IMG/VR virus record: IMGVR_UViG_3300006204_000001
Reading direction: 5' to 3' (one strand)
Length of the DNA: 64,000 nucleotides
DNA from: a virus
Lineage: Duplodnaviria > Heunggongvirae > Uroviricota > Caudoviricetes
Position numbers and translations under genes: made by a program. The notes below the pieces were generated by a model. That model was not told the origin of the DNA, did no database searches, and saw nothing but the letters and a program-made list of their open reading frames with translations. Position 1 is the stretch's first letter. Every line of letters begins with the position of its first letter. Below, piece after piece: positions 46,925 to 57,028 of this stretch.

Positions 46925-48484
46925 ATGGCAAAATATCAAGATGATGTATATGACCATTTAAAATCTGATATTGATAAAATTAGAGTAAGATTTAGGCAAT
47001 ATATATCATATTCAAATGAACAAGGAGCAAAGTCTGTAGTAGACGAGATAATTTATAATGCTCTTGATGAATGTAAGAATCCAAGATCTCCAGGTGATAC
47101 TATTCATATTGTAATGGATGATAGAGATGGATTTATTACTGTGACAGATAATGGTAGAGGTATACCTACTAATTTATTAGAGGAATTATTTACATCATTA
47201 AATATGGGATCTAATATTAATACATCAAATAAATCAGATTTAAAAGTAGAAATATTGGGTCAAAATGGTACTGGAACACTTGCTATATGTGGTTTAGCAG
47301 AACATGTAGAGATTACTTCATATAGAGGTGGTACAGAAAATATTAGTAAGACATTAATATTTGAAGAAGGAAAAAAGATCCATGAAGAAGAGCATAAATG
47401 TGATAAAAATAAACATGGATTATGTATTAAATATAAACCTTCTAAAGTCATGGGTAAAAATACTAAAATAGTTTGGGATCCAGTCCATAAAGGATTATTA
47501 GATTTACAGTATTTAAATCATAATAGAATAAAGATAGATTCTGTTCATTATGATAAAAATGGAGATTATACTGAAGAGAAATATAAGATCTTAAATTTTG
47601 ATGATATTTTATTACGTAATGATCCTGAGTCAATTACAAGTAGTAAAATATTGATCAATATTAAAGATGATAATATATTAGAAGAATTTGAAGATATGTC
47701 TGTAAAAAGATTTTTAGATATGGATATAGCATTTGCATATGTAAATAAGTTAAATCCATATATAGATAGTTTTTCAAATTCAAACAATACGGTTGATAAT
47801 GGCGATCATTTAGATGGTGCATTGGAAGCTATTTGTAGATATTTTCAATTAGCAACAAAGAATATGCTATCAGAGAAAGAAAAAGAATCTCTTGATATCA
47901 AATGGGATGATGTTAAAACAGGATTATCTATAGTAGTATCTTTACGTACTGATTATGAAAGATTATATACTGGACAGACTAAACATAAAGTTGTTAATGG
48001 AGATATTAGAAAGATTATAATTAATCTTACAATAGAGGCGTTAACATCATATTTTAGTAAGAATAATAGTCAGTTAAAAGAATTATGCATGATAGTAAAG
48101 ATGAATGCAAAAGTACGTCGAGAAGGTGATAAAGTACGTACAGCAGTAATCAAAAATACAATAACTAATTGGTCATCATACAAGATGAAAAATTATGATC
48201 CGTGTACAAGAAAAGGAGTTAAGGAATATAAAGAAATATTTATTATTGAGGGAGATAGTGCAAAAGGTAGTTTAAAGAATGCTAGATTTCCTGAATTTCA
48301 AGCACTATTTAGTATACGTGGCGTTAGCTTGAATGTTTTCAAAGCAACTATAGATCAAATATTTGGTCCTAAAGGTAATAAAGAATTTACTGATTTAGTA
48401 ACTATATTAGGATGTAATGTAGGACCTAAATTCGATTTAAGTAAACTTCAGTTTAGTAAGATTATTATAGCATCAGATGCGGAT
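46925..48484 (+). CDS. type II DNA topoisomerase ATPase subunit (GyrB / T4 gp39-like), exon 1
   Basis: GHKL ATPase motifs EIIYNALDE, DNGRGIP; TOPRIM EIFIIEGDSAKGS .. IIIASDAD, then the ORF reads KLSMSA-stop in the intron. Confidence 0.8.
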
Positions 48485-49691
48485 AAATTATCTATGTCCG
48501 CTTAAAATTCTTTTAATTGCTGGGAGTTCTTGTTAAGTTAATTCAACCGCGGTATTATAGTAATATAATATGCAGCATATATCATAATGGATATAGGATG
48601 GTAAAATCGAATTAAATAGAGATAATCAGCAAATAATTATATTGATTCTAATTTTAATTATAAATTACTAAAGAAAGGAGGTATATAATAATATGAAATA
48701 TAATAAATCTATGTTAAATAATGCATATAATGATTTATTACAAGAAAAAGATATTAGATCTATGGAATTATTTGATAAACATTATTGTGAATTATCAATA
48801 GCAGAAATAGATAAATTAGAAAAATATATGTATGATTTATCTAATCCTATATGGAAACCTATAATGATAGATGGTAAAGATAGTGGATATAAGATTAGTA
48901 ATATAGGTACAGCAGTTGATTCAAATAATAATGAATTAAAATATTATCAAAATTCATCTGGTTATTTAGTTATCTGGATTCATATAAAAGGTAAACGTAA
49001 TAATGTACCTAAATCTATTCATAGATTAGTAGCAGAATCATTTATTCCTAATCCTGATAATAAATCAGAAGTGAATCATATTAATTGCAAACAAAATATG
49101 AATTGGGTTGGAAATCTTGAATGGGTAACGCATGAAGAAAATATACGATATATGATAAATTGTGGTAATCAAGTTATAGGAATGAATCATAAAAACTCTA
49201 AGTTTACTGATGAACAAATACATTTAGTTTGTAAAATGCTTGAAAATCCTAATAATGATATTAAAACTATTTCAGAAAAAACTAAAGTATCACTTAGAAC
49301 TATTCAAAATATAAGATTTTATAATGGGTGGAATCATATAAGTGGATTATATAATATAAATAGATCTAAGTATGTTAAAGGTCCTAAATTTAGTTATGTT
49401 TCTAAAATAATATCCGATATGGTTAATAACGGAAAAACAAATTCTGAAATACGAAATAAATTGCATGAATTAGGTTTAGATTTAAATATAACAAGTAAGA
49501 GTATTAGTGATAGAATATATCATATACGAAAATTAGAATCAAATAAAACTTCATCGACTATCGAAAAGCTATGATATAGGATTATTAACCATATCAATAT
49601 AGTTAGTAGAGTATACTTATAATAGTAGAAATGAAGGACATTATGAAGATATAGTCACAACATTTATAGAAATATAAAGATAAGATAATTG
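48485..49691 (+). mobile_element. putative group I intron (about 1.2 kb) carrying an HNH homing endonuclease ORF
   Basis: 5' exon ends GCGGAU; intron nt 12-17 GUCCGC can form P1 with a U.G wobble at the splice site; intron ends in G; splicing joins ..IIIASDAD to VDGLFIRSLLMAFFFR, recreating the conserved TOPRIM DxDxDG and GyrB continuation. Confidence 0.65.
48693..49574 (+). CDS. HNH homing endonuclease (intron-encoded)
   Basis: HRLVAESFIPNPDNKSEVNHINCKQNMNWVGNLEWVTHEEN = HNH_3-type motif; RBS AAAGGAGGT. Confidence 0.8.
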   Translation: MKYNKSMLNNAYNDLLQEKDIRSMELFDKHYCELSIAEIDKLEKYMYDLSNPIWKPIMIDGKDSGYKISNIGTAVDSNNNELKYYQNSSGYLVIWIHIKGKRNNVPKSIHRLVAESFIPNPDNKSEVNHINCKQNMNWVGNLEWVTHEENIRYMINCGNQVIGMNHKNSKFTDEQIHLVCKMLENPNNDIKTISEKTKVSLRTIQNIRFYNGWNHISGLYNINRSKYVKGPKFSYVSKIISDMVNNGKTNSEIRNKLHELGLDLNITSKSISDRIYHIRKLESNKTSSTIEKL

Positions 49692-50612
49692 GTGGATGGA
49701 TTATTTATTAGAAGTCTACTTATGGCATTCTTCTTTAGAGTATTACCAGAAATTATTTTGGATGGTAGATTATATATAGCAGAACCACCTCTATATAGAG
49801 TTGATAATCCAAAAGATCCATTTGTAATTAATAAAGAAGATTATAACAATCGATATGTAAAAGAGTGTATGAAATATTATCAGATAGGATATCCTATTAT
49901 AGATAATGGAGTAATAGTTGACGTTAATATTTTAAATAAAAATGATATTAAAGAATTATTATCTGATACATCATCTTATGTTAAAGACATAGAATTATTA
50001 GCTAATCATTATAGGATTAATGAAAGATTATTTGAGATAATAATTGAAGAAGTAGCATTAATGAATATCGATGTCAATTTATGTGCAGATATACAGAAGG
50101 ATATTATTGATAAAATCAATATACAACATCTTGTGACAAGAATACAAGCAGAATTTCCAGAAGTATATTATGATGACAAATTTAAGTTAATACGAGGATC
50201 AATAAATACTGTTAGACAATTAATTGAATTATCACCTAACATAATTAAGAAGTCTAAAGTAATAATTAATTATATTATAAAATGGAAAACTGCACAGACT
50301 AAATTAGTATTAAGAGATAATAAAACAAAAGCAGAAAGATTATTATCATTATTAGAATTATTAAAAGTTTTAAGAAAATATCAACCTGATATCAAGCATC
50401 GTTTTAAAGGTTTAGGCGAGAATGATACAGATGATATACGAAAGACTATTATGGATCCTAATACTAGATCACTTATAAAAGTAAATATAAGTGATATAGA
50501 AAATGATGAAAAAATCTTTCAGATGTTAAGGGGTGGAACTGCACAAAATGCATTAGATAGAAAAAATATGATGCATAATTATAGTATACCAGTCGAGTTA
50601 ATTGATACGTAA
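49692..50612 (+). CDS. type II DNA topoisomerase ATPase subunit, exon 2
   Basis: VDGLFIRSLLMAFFFRVLPEIILDGRLYIAEPPLYRV ~ GyrB [37 protein letters not shown]. Confidence 0.8.
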   Translation: MDGLFIRSLLMAFFFRVLPEIILDGRLYIAEPPLYRVDNPKDPFVINKEDYNNRYVKECMKYYQIGYPIIDNGVIVDVNILNKNDIKELLSDTSSYVKDIELLANHYRINERLFEIIIEEVALMNIDVNLCADIQKDIIDKINIQHLVTRIQAEFPEVYYDDKFKLIRGSINTVRQLIELSPNIIKKSKVIINYIIKWKTAQTKLVLRDNKTKAERLLSLLELLKVLRKYQPDIKHRFKGLGENDTDDIRKTIMDPNTRSLIKVNISDIENDEKIFQMLRGGTAQNALDRKNMMHNYSIPVELIDT

Positions 50613-50692
50613 AATTATAATTGTATATATGATAATAGGATATTTCCTATTATCATATATAACATATTTTATTTGAATGGAGATATTTTATT

Positions 50693-51136
50693 ATGAAATA
50701 TAATGAAATAAAAGGAATGAACCAATGTGGTATAGATGGTTTACCAGAAAGATATAATGATCATGTATTGGTCTTAGATAAACAATATACAGTAGGATCA
50801 TTATATAAAGAATTACATGAAGAACATATAGAACAAAAAGTAATTAGTTTATTCTGTATTAAAGATCAAAATCATAATGATATTGCATATAAAACAACTT
50901 TTCCTAAAAATAAAGATTTATTTGATCCAGAAAAGTATAAAGATATTTTAGATATACCAGTAGATGATTGCACATATGAAGAAGTTAGTTTCAATGGTAA
51001 TTTTAAAAAAAGATTGTATGTTATAAATAGAGAACCAGATAAATATGGTAGTCTAATGTTTAGTAAAGAATTTGATAAATATGCTAGTAGTGATACATCA
51101 CATATAATATATGCACTTTATGGTGATAATATCTAA
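50693..51136 (+). CDS. hypothetical protein
   Basis: 147-aa ORF, RBS TGGAGAT. Confidence 0.45.
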   Translation: MKYNEIKGMNQCGIDGLPERYNDHVLVLDKQYTVGSLYKELHEEHIEQKVISLFCIKDQNHNDIAYKTTFPKNKDLFDPEKYKDILDIPVDDCTYEEVSFNGNFKKRLYVINREPDKYGSLMFSKEFDKYASSDTSHIIYALYGDNI

Positions 51137-51183
51137 AATTATATATTCTAATAATGTAAAAAATTGAAAGGAGATATTTTATT

Positions 51184-51984
51184 ATGCCAAGAAAGAAACT
51201 TGAAACACCAGAAGAAGAACTTGATATCAAAAAGGAGGTAAAGAAGGAAACATTCATAACACGTTGGTTCAATGATTATGCAGTTAATAACAAAGAAGAA
51301 ATGAAAATTATTTGCGAATTAACTGCAAGATCTGTATATGAACAATTTACATTATATGTAGAATCAAAGAATTATGAATTATATGCAGCTGTATTCTATG
51401 CAACTTTTACAACAATTCTTGATTTTCTTAGGGGAAAAGAAAATAAGTATAATAATTTTACTATTGAAGTTGCTAATAGCATAAATATAGGATATAGTAA
51501 TAGCACAAATGAGGACAATGAAAAAGTAGGTAACTTTATGCCTATATTGGAGTATATAGGTACAAATATGAAAGTTGTTGACAATAGTCCTGAATCTGAA
51601 AAGAAAAAGGATGTTAATAGAACAAAAACGAATTGCATGAGATGGAAACAAATTAATGTTAAACAAAATATCAATTTCGTTTCAGAAATACAGGAAACTG
51701 CATATGAACGTATCAAGAAGGAATATAGAACTGATATGAGAACATCAGAATGTGTAATTCCTATATTCTGTATATTCATGGATAACATTATTCATGTTAT
51801 CAAATTAAAATACCAAGAATTGGAAGGCACAGATGTATCAGAAGTGTCGATGAATGTATTAGGATTATTTGATATATATTATTCTTTTAATTCAGAAGAT
51901 AATATTGAAATTATAGAATTCCAACCTAATATAAGAATGAAGTTGGCATTGAAAAATGATGTTGCAGCTGGAAAGGATGAATAA
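51184..51984 (+). CDS. hypothetical protein
   Basis: 266-aa ORF, RBS AAAGGAGAT. Confidence 0.45.
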   Translation: MPRKKLETPEEELDIKKEVKKETFITRWFNDYAVNNKEEMKIICELTARSVYEQFTLYVESKNYELYAAVFYATFTTILDFLRGKENKYNNFTIEVANSINIGYSNSTNEDNEKVGNFMPILEYIGTNMKVVDNSPESEKKKDVNRTKTNCMRWKQINVKQNINFVSEIQETAYERIKKEYRTDMRTSECVIPIFCIFMDNIIHVIKLKYQELEGTDVSEVSMNVLGLFDIYYSFNSEDNIEIIEFQPNIRMKLALKNDVAAGKDE

Positions 51985-51992
51985 TAAAAATA

Positions 51993-52352
51993 ATGAATAA
52001 GAAAATGAAATATTCTACTAGAACGAGAGAAAAAAATATATTAAGTAAACTTGGTACAGTTGTTCTAATGTTAGTTGTATTATGTATAGGATTTCTACTT
52101 ATATCATGTATGACAAGTTCAACTGTAAATGCCTTTGGATCAAGAGGCAATAAAGCAGGAAACACTTTTGATATGACATATACTTATGATAAAGCTTATA
52201 TCAATACTTTCGATGGTAAAATTGAAGTTGATGTTAAGAACTGGAGAGAATGGGACGACGGAGAAGGGTTAGTAGAAGTAATATCTACAACAGGAGTTCA
52301 CTATTATACATCATATGAAAATGTTATACTGATTAATTCTGGTAAAAATTAA
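51993..52352 (+). CDS. small secreted/lipoprotein-like protein
   Basis: N-terminal signal-like LGTVVLMLVVLCIGFLLISC (possible lipobox LISC). Confidence 0.4.
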   Translation: MNKKMKYSTRTREKNILSKLGTVVLMLVVLCIGFLLISCMTSSTVNAFGSRGNKAGNTFDMTYTYDKAYINTFDGKIEVDVKNWREWDDGEGLVEVISTTGVHYYTSYENVILINSGKN

Positions 52353-52355
52353 TAT

Positions 52356-52390
52356 AAAGGGAAGGTATATACCTTCCCTTTATTTTTTGT
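52356..52390. terminator. bidirectional terminator AAAGGGAAGGTATATACCTTCCCTTTATTTTTT
   Basis: hairpin + T-run. Confidence 0.7.
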
Positions 52391-52396
52391 ATTAAA

Positions 52397-53134
52397 TTAC
52401 ATCCATTTATCATACGGAAGATCCAAATGAAATGTGTCTCTAGCTTTTTCTAACCATGTTTCCTTTTTATCCTTTGCATTAGCATAATCATCTATTTCCA
52501 AATTTAAATTTCCATGAGCAGATGGAATATTTTTATATCTTTTTAAATTATTATATAACATAATTTGCACATCATATGTTGCTAATTCTAAAAATGAATC
52601 ATAACATCCATCTTCTATAGTTTCTCCATTAGGTTCATGATTACATGCTACTTCAAATGTTAATATAGTTTTAGGAAATCCATATAATTTAATTTTATTA
52701 TTTCCTAAATATTCAAATGTAGGTTCTGCTCTCATTTGACCTGCTAACATCATATATGATTGAGCTGTTATTACACCTTGTACTGATCGATTAATTCCAT
52801 AACCAGGAGCTACATCACCATATGTACCCCTTGTATTATGAAATGGCATTCTAACATCGACTACATATTGGATTGGAGTTAATGTTAATGCAACTGGTAA
52901 TTGGTATATACTTTCTCTTTGATCTATAACTTTTAAATCTGTAATGCTACAATCTCCAATCCTAATCCATGGAACAAATTGAGAATATTGAGGTATCGTT
53001 ACAGCAGCTATAGTTCTAAATAATACTTGTTCTATAGGTATAATTTCTTTTGTTGTGGCATCTTTAAATGGCAATCCTAAATTATATAATCCTTCACTTA
53101 CAATTATTGAATTTATAATTTTATTCATATTCAT
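52397..53134 (-). CDS. hypothetical protein
   Basis: ORF; start placed at MNMNKIINS.. (RBS AAAGGATG) rather than the AT-rich 5' extension in the track. Confidence 0.45.
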   Translation of the reverse strand: MNMNKIINSIIVSEGLYNLGLPFKDATTKEIIPIEQVLFRTIAAVTIPQYSQFVPWIRIGDCSITDLKVIDQRESIYQLPVALTLTPIQYVVDVRMPFHNTRGTYGDVAPGYGINRSVQGVITAQSYMMLAGQMRAEPTFEYLGNNKIKLYGFPKTILTFEVACNHEPNGETIEDGCYDSFLELATYDVQIMLYNNLKRYKNIPSAHGNLNLEIDDYANAKDKKETWLEKARDTFHLDLPYDKWM

Positions 53135-53240
53135 ATTTAATTCCACATCCTTTCTTATATTATTGAATATTTCATATAATGTATTATATATTATAATATT
53201 GAAGTAAAGATGAAATACATATGAAAAGGAGAAATTCATC

Positions 53241-53348
53241 ATGAAAAATATTTTAATTGCACCGAAAAGAAAGAAAAAGATTATCGTAAATGATAATGCT
53301 GCTTTTCAAATCCGGCTCAATAAAATTTTAAAGGAAGAGAAAAAATAA
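53241..53348 (+). CDS. possible small basic peptide (35 aa)
   Basis: MKNILIAPKRKKKIIVNDNAAFQIRLNKILKEEKK with AAAGGAG RBS 8 nt upstream. Confidence 0.25.
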   Translation: MKNILIAPKRKKKIIVNDNAAFQIRLNKILKEEKK

Positions 53349-53378
53349 AAATGAATTTAGTGAAAAGGGGAATGAATT

Positions 53379-53585
53379 ATGGAATATGCATTTTCAGCTA
53401 TGAGAGGATTAACAAAAAAAGATGTAAAGGTAATATTTAACATTGCAAATGATCCAAACAATGTTAAGACAATTCAATCCGCAGATGTGATTATTTATCC
53501 GAACGGCGTTGTAAGAATCAATGATCTTAAGGATATGCAGGAGATTATTTCCAGTATTAATAATGTTACGATCTTTTCAAAATAA
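53379..53585 (+). CDS. small hypothetical protein
   Basis: 68-aa ORF, RBS AAAGGGGAAT. Confidence 0.4.
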   Translation: MEYAFSAMRGLTKKDVKVIFNIANDPNNVKTIQSADVIIYPNGVVRINDLKDMQEIISSINNVTIFSK

Positions 53586-53610
53586 AAACTGAATAATGAG
53601 AAAGGGTGAT

Positions 53611-53647
53611 TTTAAAATCACCCTTTATTTTTTTATAAAAATACTGG
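53611..53647. terminator. bidirectional terminator AAAGGGTGATTTTAAAATCACCCTTTATTTTTTT
   Basis: hairpin + T-run. Confidence 0.7.
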
Positions 53648-54184
53648 TTTATTTTTTGTAGAATTTCCCTTTAATACTTTATTAGCATTATATCCGCTCA
53701 TATTAAGAAATTTTTCCATCATTGGATGAAATCTATTATTCATTTCATCTATAAATTTATCTGTGTATTCTGTTATCATTCCAATATATTGCGAATCTAT
53801 ATCTTCTGATTTCAAATTACTAATACATTCATTAATATTTTTAATGGTATTATTTATTCCTGATATATATGATTCTATAAATTTTGGTATTTCATTATAT
53901 TTATTTTCTGTATCTTCAAATAATTGGGTATCAATATACCCAATACCAGCTTCATATATAACTTTATATGGAGATGAATTTTTATTGTTTGATTCTTCTA
54001 TTATGTATTTACAGCATTTATTTACATACTCATTAAATCTATCAAATGCCTCATTAATATTAAATAATGTTATTTTGTAATCTTTTATATTTAAACCCCA
54101 TTCATTTGCTAATTCATTTATAGAATCCATCATACCTCGATTATATTTTTCAAGAAATTCTTTTATAGCATTATCAATTTTCAT
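53633..54184 (-). CDS. hypothetical protein
   Basis: 183-aa ORF, RBS AAAGGAGTTT. Confidence 0.45.
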   Translation of the reverse strand: MKIDNAIKEFLEKYNRGMMDSINELANEWGLNIKDYKITLFNINEAFDRFNEYVNKCCKYIIEESNNKNSSPYKVIYEAGIGYIDTQLFEDTENKYNEIPKFIESYISGINNTIKNINECISNLKSEDIDSQYIGMITEYTDKFIDEMNNRFHPMMEKFLNMSGYNANKVLKGNSTKNKPVFL

Positions 54185-54494
54185 ATATTAAAACTCCTTT
54201 CTTATAATAAACGCTTAAATTATATACACGTTTCTAAATTCAATGATATATTATTAGTGTAGATATAAATAAAATTATATCTTATTTCATATATTTTTTC
54301 TTTATATTAATTTACTGCTACTTTTATAAATAATAAATTTCTCCTTTCATATTGGATTATATATAAATTACTCCAAATATTATAAGGGTAGCAGTAATTA
54401 ATATTATATGAAATATTAATTTTGAAATAAACATGAATTATTTTCATGCTTATTAATATATTAATAAAGTTTTAATTTTAAGGAGGAATTTAAA

Positions 54495-54752
54495 ATGAGT
54501 AACATTGAAGAAAAGTATCTTTTAAAAGATGGAGAAACAGTGCCTGAGGGTTATGTTGTAAAAACATGTGAAGTATGTAACAGATCATTTGCAATGCCTG
54601 CAGATGTTGCAGAGAAATCAGGACCAATTTGTGAGTCAGCTGAGTGCAAAAATGAATATGAAAGAAGATGCATAGAGCAAACAAAAGCTCTTATGAAATC
54701 AGATACAGCAACGCAAACAGAAGCGGAAATCAAAACAGCACTTGGAAATTAA
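54495..54752 (+). CDS. small zinc-ribbon protein
   Basis: CEVCNRSF..(x16)..PICESAECK; RBS AAGGAGGAAT. Confidence 0.45.
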   Translation: MSNIEEKYLLKDGETVPEGYVVKTCEVCNRSFAMPADVAEKSGPICESAECKNEYERRCIEQTKALMKSDTATQTEAEIKTALGN

Positions 54753-54759
54753 ACATATA

Positions 54760-54796
54760 AAAGAGTGGGATATAATTCTCACTCTTTTATTTTTGT
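54760..54796 (+). terminator. terminator AAAGAGTGGGATATAATTCTCACTCTTTTATTTTT
   Basis: hairpin + T-run. Confidence 0.6.
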
Positions 54797-54815
54797 TGTT
54801 AAAGGAGAAAAGTAT

Positions 54816-55565
54816 ATGGGAAACAATAATGAGTTAAAATATATAACAGAAGAAGAATTAGATAAAATTTTTAAATTTTGGCCATTTAATTTATTACATG
54901 AAATATTTGGTGTAAATATTGATTGTATCTATACGAATATTAATAATATTCATACAGTATTAACAGCACCTGATTTGTTAAGTGAAAAAGAATTAGATGT
55001 AATATTATATAGATTTAAATCATATATGATATTTAGTGATATTGCAAAAAAGGTGAATGTTACTAAACAAAGAGTGACTGAATTGCAAAATCATGCAATA
55101 TTTAAGTTAAGAAGAATAATGAATTTCGATTTGAAGAGCATTGATTATAGAACGTATAACGAGATTAATGGAAAATATAATACATTACTTAAATCATATA
55201 AAGAATTAGAAAAATATGAAATCATAGGAGAGGATATAAAGGAAAAAAATAAATCTGAAATGTATAAAGACATTAATATTGCAACTTTAAGACCAAAAAT
55301 GTCTAATAGGTTGTTTAATTGTTTATATAGAGGAGATATATATACAGTATATGATCTAATTAATATGGATATTTATAGAGCTATGAAAATTAGAAATTTT
55401 GGTTTAAAAACTTTTGAAGAATTATTAGTAATTCTTAAAGCAAATGATTTAACTTTAAAAAGAGTAAGAAATAGAAAATATGAATATGATGATATATTAA
55501 ATGCTTCTAAATTATATATAGAATTAATTGGTAAATCACCATTTATAGAAGAGGAGGAAGAATGA
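54816..55565 (+). CDS. putative transcription factor: sigma-70 region-4-like HTH fused to RNAP alpha-CTD-like helix-hairpin-helix domain
   Basis: LSEKELDVILYRFKSYMIFSDIAKKVNVTKQRVTELQNHAIFKLRR ~ sigma region 4.2; LRPKMSNRLFNCLYRGDIYTVYDLINMDIYRAMKIRNFGLKTFEELLVILKANDLTL ~ alpha-CTD (LLRP..[9 protein letters not shown]...I.GDL....E.ELL...N.GKKSL.EI...L...GLSL); RBS AAAGGAGAAAAG. Confidence 0.6.
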   Translation: MGNNNELKYITEEELDKIFKFWPFNLLHEIFGVNIDCIYTNINNIHTVLTAPDLLSEKELDVILYRFKSYMIFSDIAKKVNVTKQRVTELQNHAIFKLRRIMNFDLKSIDYRTYNEINGKYNTLLKSYKELEKYEIIGEDIKEKNKSEMYKDINIATLRPKMSNRLFNCLYRGDIYTVYDLINMDIYRAMKIRNFGLKTFEELLVILKANDLTLKRVRNRKYEYDDILNASKLYIELIGKSPFIEEEEE

Positions 55566-55891
55566 GTTTTAAAATAAATAATACATTAAAAGATACCATT
55601 GATATGAAATCAGTTTATACAACTTTTATCGTATGTGATTCTCCTGATCAGTTAAAATATTTACATAGAAAATTTATGGATCTGGTATTATCAACAGACG
55701 AATTCTTATATGCTAATAAAGATTCTATTATGACAGATGATAGACATAAATATGTATTTTGTTTTTATTCTAATTATGAAAATCTTAACCGTGGTATTGG
55801 AATGAATCAAAATAAAATTACTGGAATAATTTTTGAATCTATGATGAATTCATTTATTAATGGAGGAAGCAAAGAATGGGCAAGTATATAA
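55562..55891 (+). CDS. hypothetical protein, translationally coupled (ATGA overlaps on both sides)
   Basis: 109-aa ORF between the two sigma-R4/alpha-CTD-like genes. Confidence 0.45.
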   Translation: MSFKINNTLKDTIDMKSVYTTFIVCDSPDQLKYLHRKFMDLVLSTDEFLYANKDSIMTDDRHKYVFCFYSNYENLNRGIGMNQNKITGIIFESMMNSFINGGSKEWASI

Positions 55892-56487
55892 CTGAAGATG
55901 ACAAAGAAAAAATATTAATGTTATGGCCGTATAATCTCAGTAAAGTTATATTTAAAGATGATAACCCATTAGAAATATCTTTAACAGGATTAGATTTAGC
56001 ATTATCACATTTAGATGTAGATAAAATTAAATTAATTTTATTACGTTATCGAGAATACATGACTTATGATAAGATAATGAGTATAACTGGATTAGAAGAC
56101 GTAGATAAAATTAATGAAAAAATTCATATTGCTATAACAATATTAAGATCATATGCTGATTGTATTAAAAGTAAATCAATAAAAGAATTTGAATATCCTA
56201 TAAGCAAAACTAAGATACATTCAGATATATTAAATATAAATTTATCTGTTATTGATATACATCCTTTAGCTATATGGGAATTAAAACAAAATGGAATTGA
56301 TAATATTCTTAAATTAACTAAGATGGCACCACATGAATTATGGTACACTAAATATATAGGTCAATCTAGATTTATTAAAATATTAGAATATTTAAAATCC
56401 CATGAATTGTCATTATCATGTGACGATAATGTTGAACTTAATTATCGTAAATCTTATAAGATTTACAAACAATATTTTTCAGATTAA
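55876..56487 (+). CDS. paralog of 54816..55565: sigma region-4-like HTH + alpha-CTD-like domain
   Basis: LDVDKIKLILLRYREYMTYDKIMSITGLEDVDKINEKIHIAITILR ; LSVIDIHPLAIWELKQNGIDNILKLTKMAPHELWYTKYIGQSRFIKILEYLKSHELSL. Confidence 0.55.
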   Translation: MGKYITEDDKEKILMLWPYNLSKVIFKDDNPLEISLTGLDLALSHLDVDKIKLILLRYREYMTYDKIMSITGLEDVDKINEKIHIAITILRSYADCIKSKSIKEFEYPISKTKIHSDILNINLSVIDIHPLAIWELKQNGIDNILKLTKMAPHELWYTKYIGQSRFIKILEYLKSHELSLSCDDNVELNYRKSYKIYKQYFSD

Positions 56488-56500
56488 AAAAAATAAATAT

Positions 56501-56535
56501 GAAAGGGTGGTATTATTATACCACCCTTTATTTTT
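56501..56535. terminator. bidirectional terminator AAAGGGTGGTATTATTATACCACCCTTTATTTTTT
   Basis: hairpin flanked by A-run and T-run; serves convergent genes. Confidence 0.7.
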
Positions 56536-56696
56536 TATCCATATTTATATCCAGGCTGATTAGATTGAGCATTCAAAATTCTATTTCTAATTTCTGTATC
56601 AATAAGATCTTGACGTGCTTTTTCTTGTTGTGCTTTAACAGCTTCCTGAATTTTCTTTTCTTCTTCTGCTGTAAATTTAATTGTTGAATTAGCCAT
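56535..56696 (-). CDS. small hypothetical protein (53 aa)
   Basis: MANSTIKFTAEEEKKIQEAVKAQQEKARQDLIDTEIRNRILNAQSNQPGYKYG; RBS AAAAGGAGGTG; start overlaps upstream stop (TAATG). Confidence 0.45.
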   Translation of the reverse strand: MANSTIKFTAEEEKKIQEAVKAQQEKARQDLIDTEIRNRILNAQSNQPGYKYG

Positions 56697-56884
56697 TATA
56701 AACACCTCCTTTTGTTAATCCAATTATTTCTTTTTTGATTTCTTTCTAACAAATATATTCTCTTGTTATTTTTATTAGTTTCTTCTTTAATAATATCAAG
56801 AACACTTGTTATACTACTCTGTTTAGTAACATATTCATGTAATTCTTGTGAATTTGGTATTGTAGTTTTAACATGTTTAATCAT
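56696..56884 (-). CDS. small basic hypothetical protein (62 aa)
   Basis: MIKHVKTTIPNSQELHEYVTKQSSITSVLDII..; RBS AAAGGAGGAAAATAAAA. Confidence 0.45.
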   Translation of the reverse strand: MIKHVKTTIPNSQELHEYVTKQSSITSVLDIIKEETNKNNKRIYLLERNQKRNNWINKRRCL

Positions 56885-57028
56885 TTTTATTTTCCTCCTT
56901 TCTTTATTATAATAAAAATATTTCTCAATGTATATTTTCAAAATATATAATTATTTATTCACGTATATTATAGTAACATATTTAATTTCTACCATTTAAT
57001 TTAAATAATAAAAAAATGAGGTGATTAA

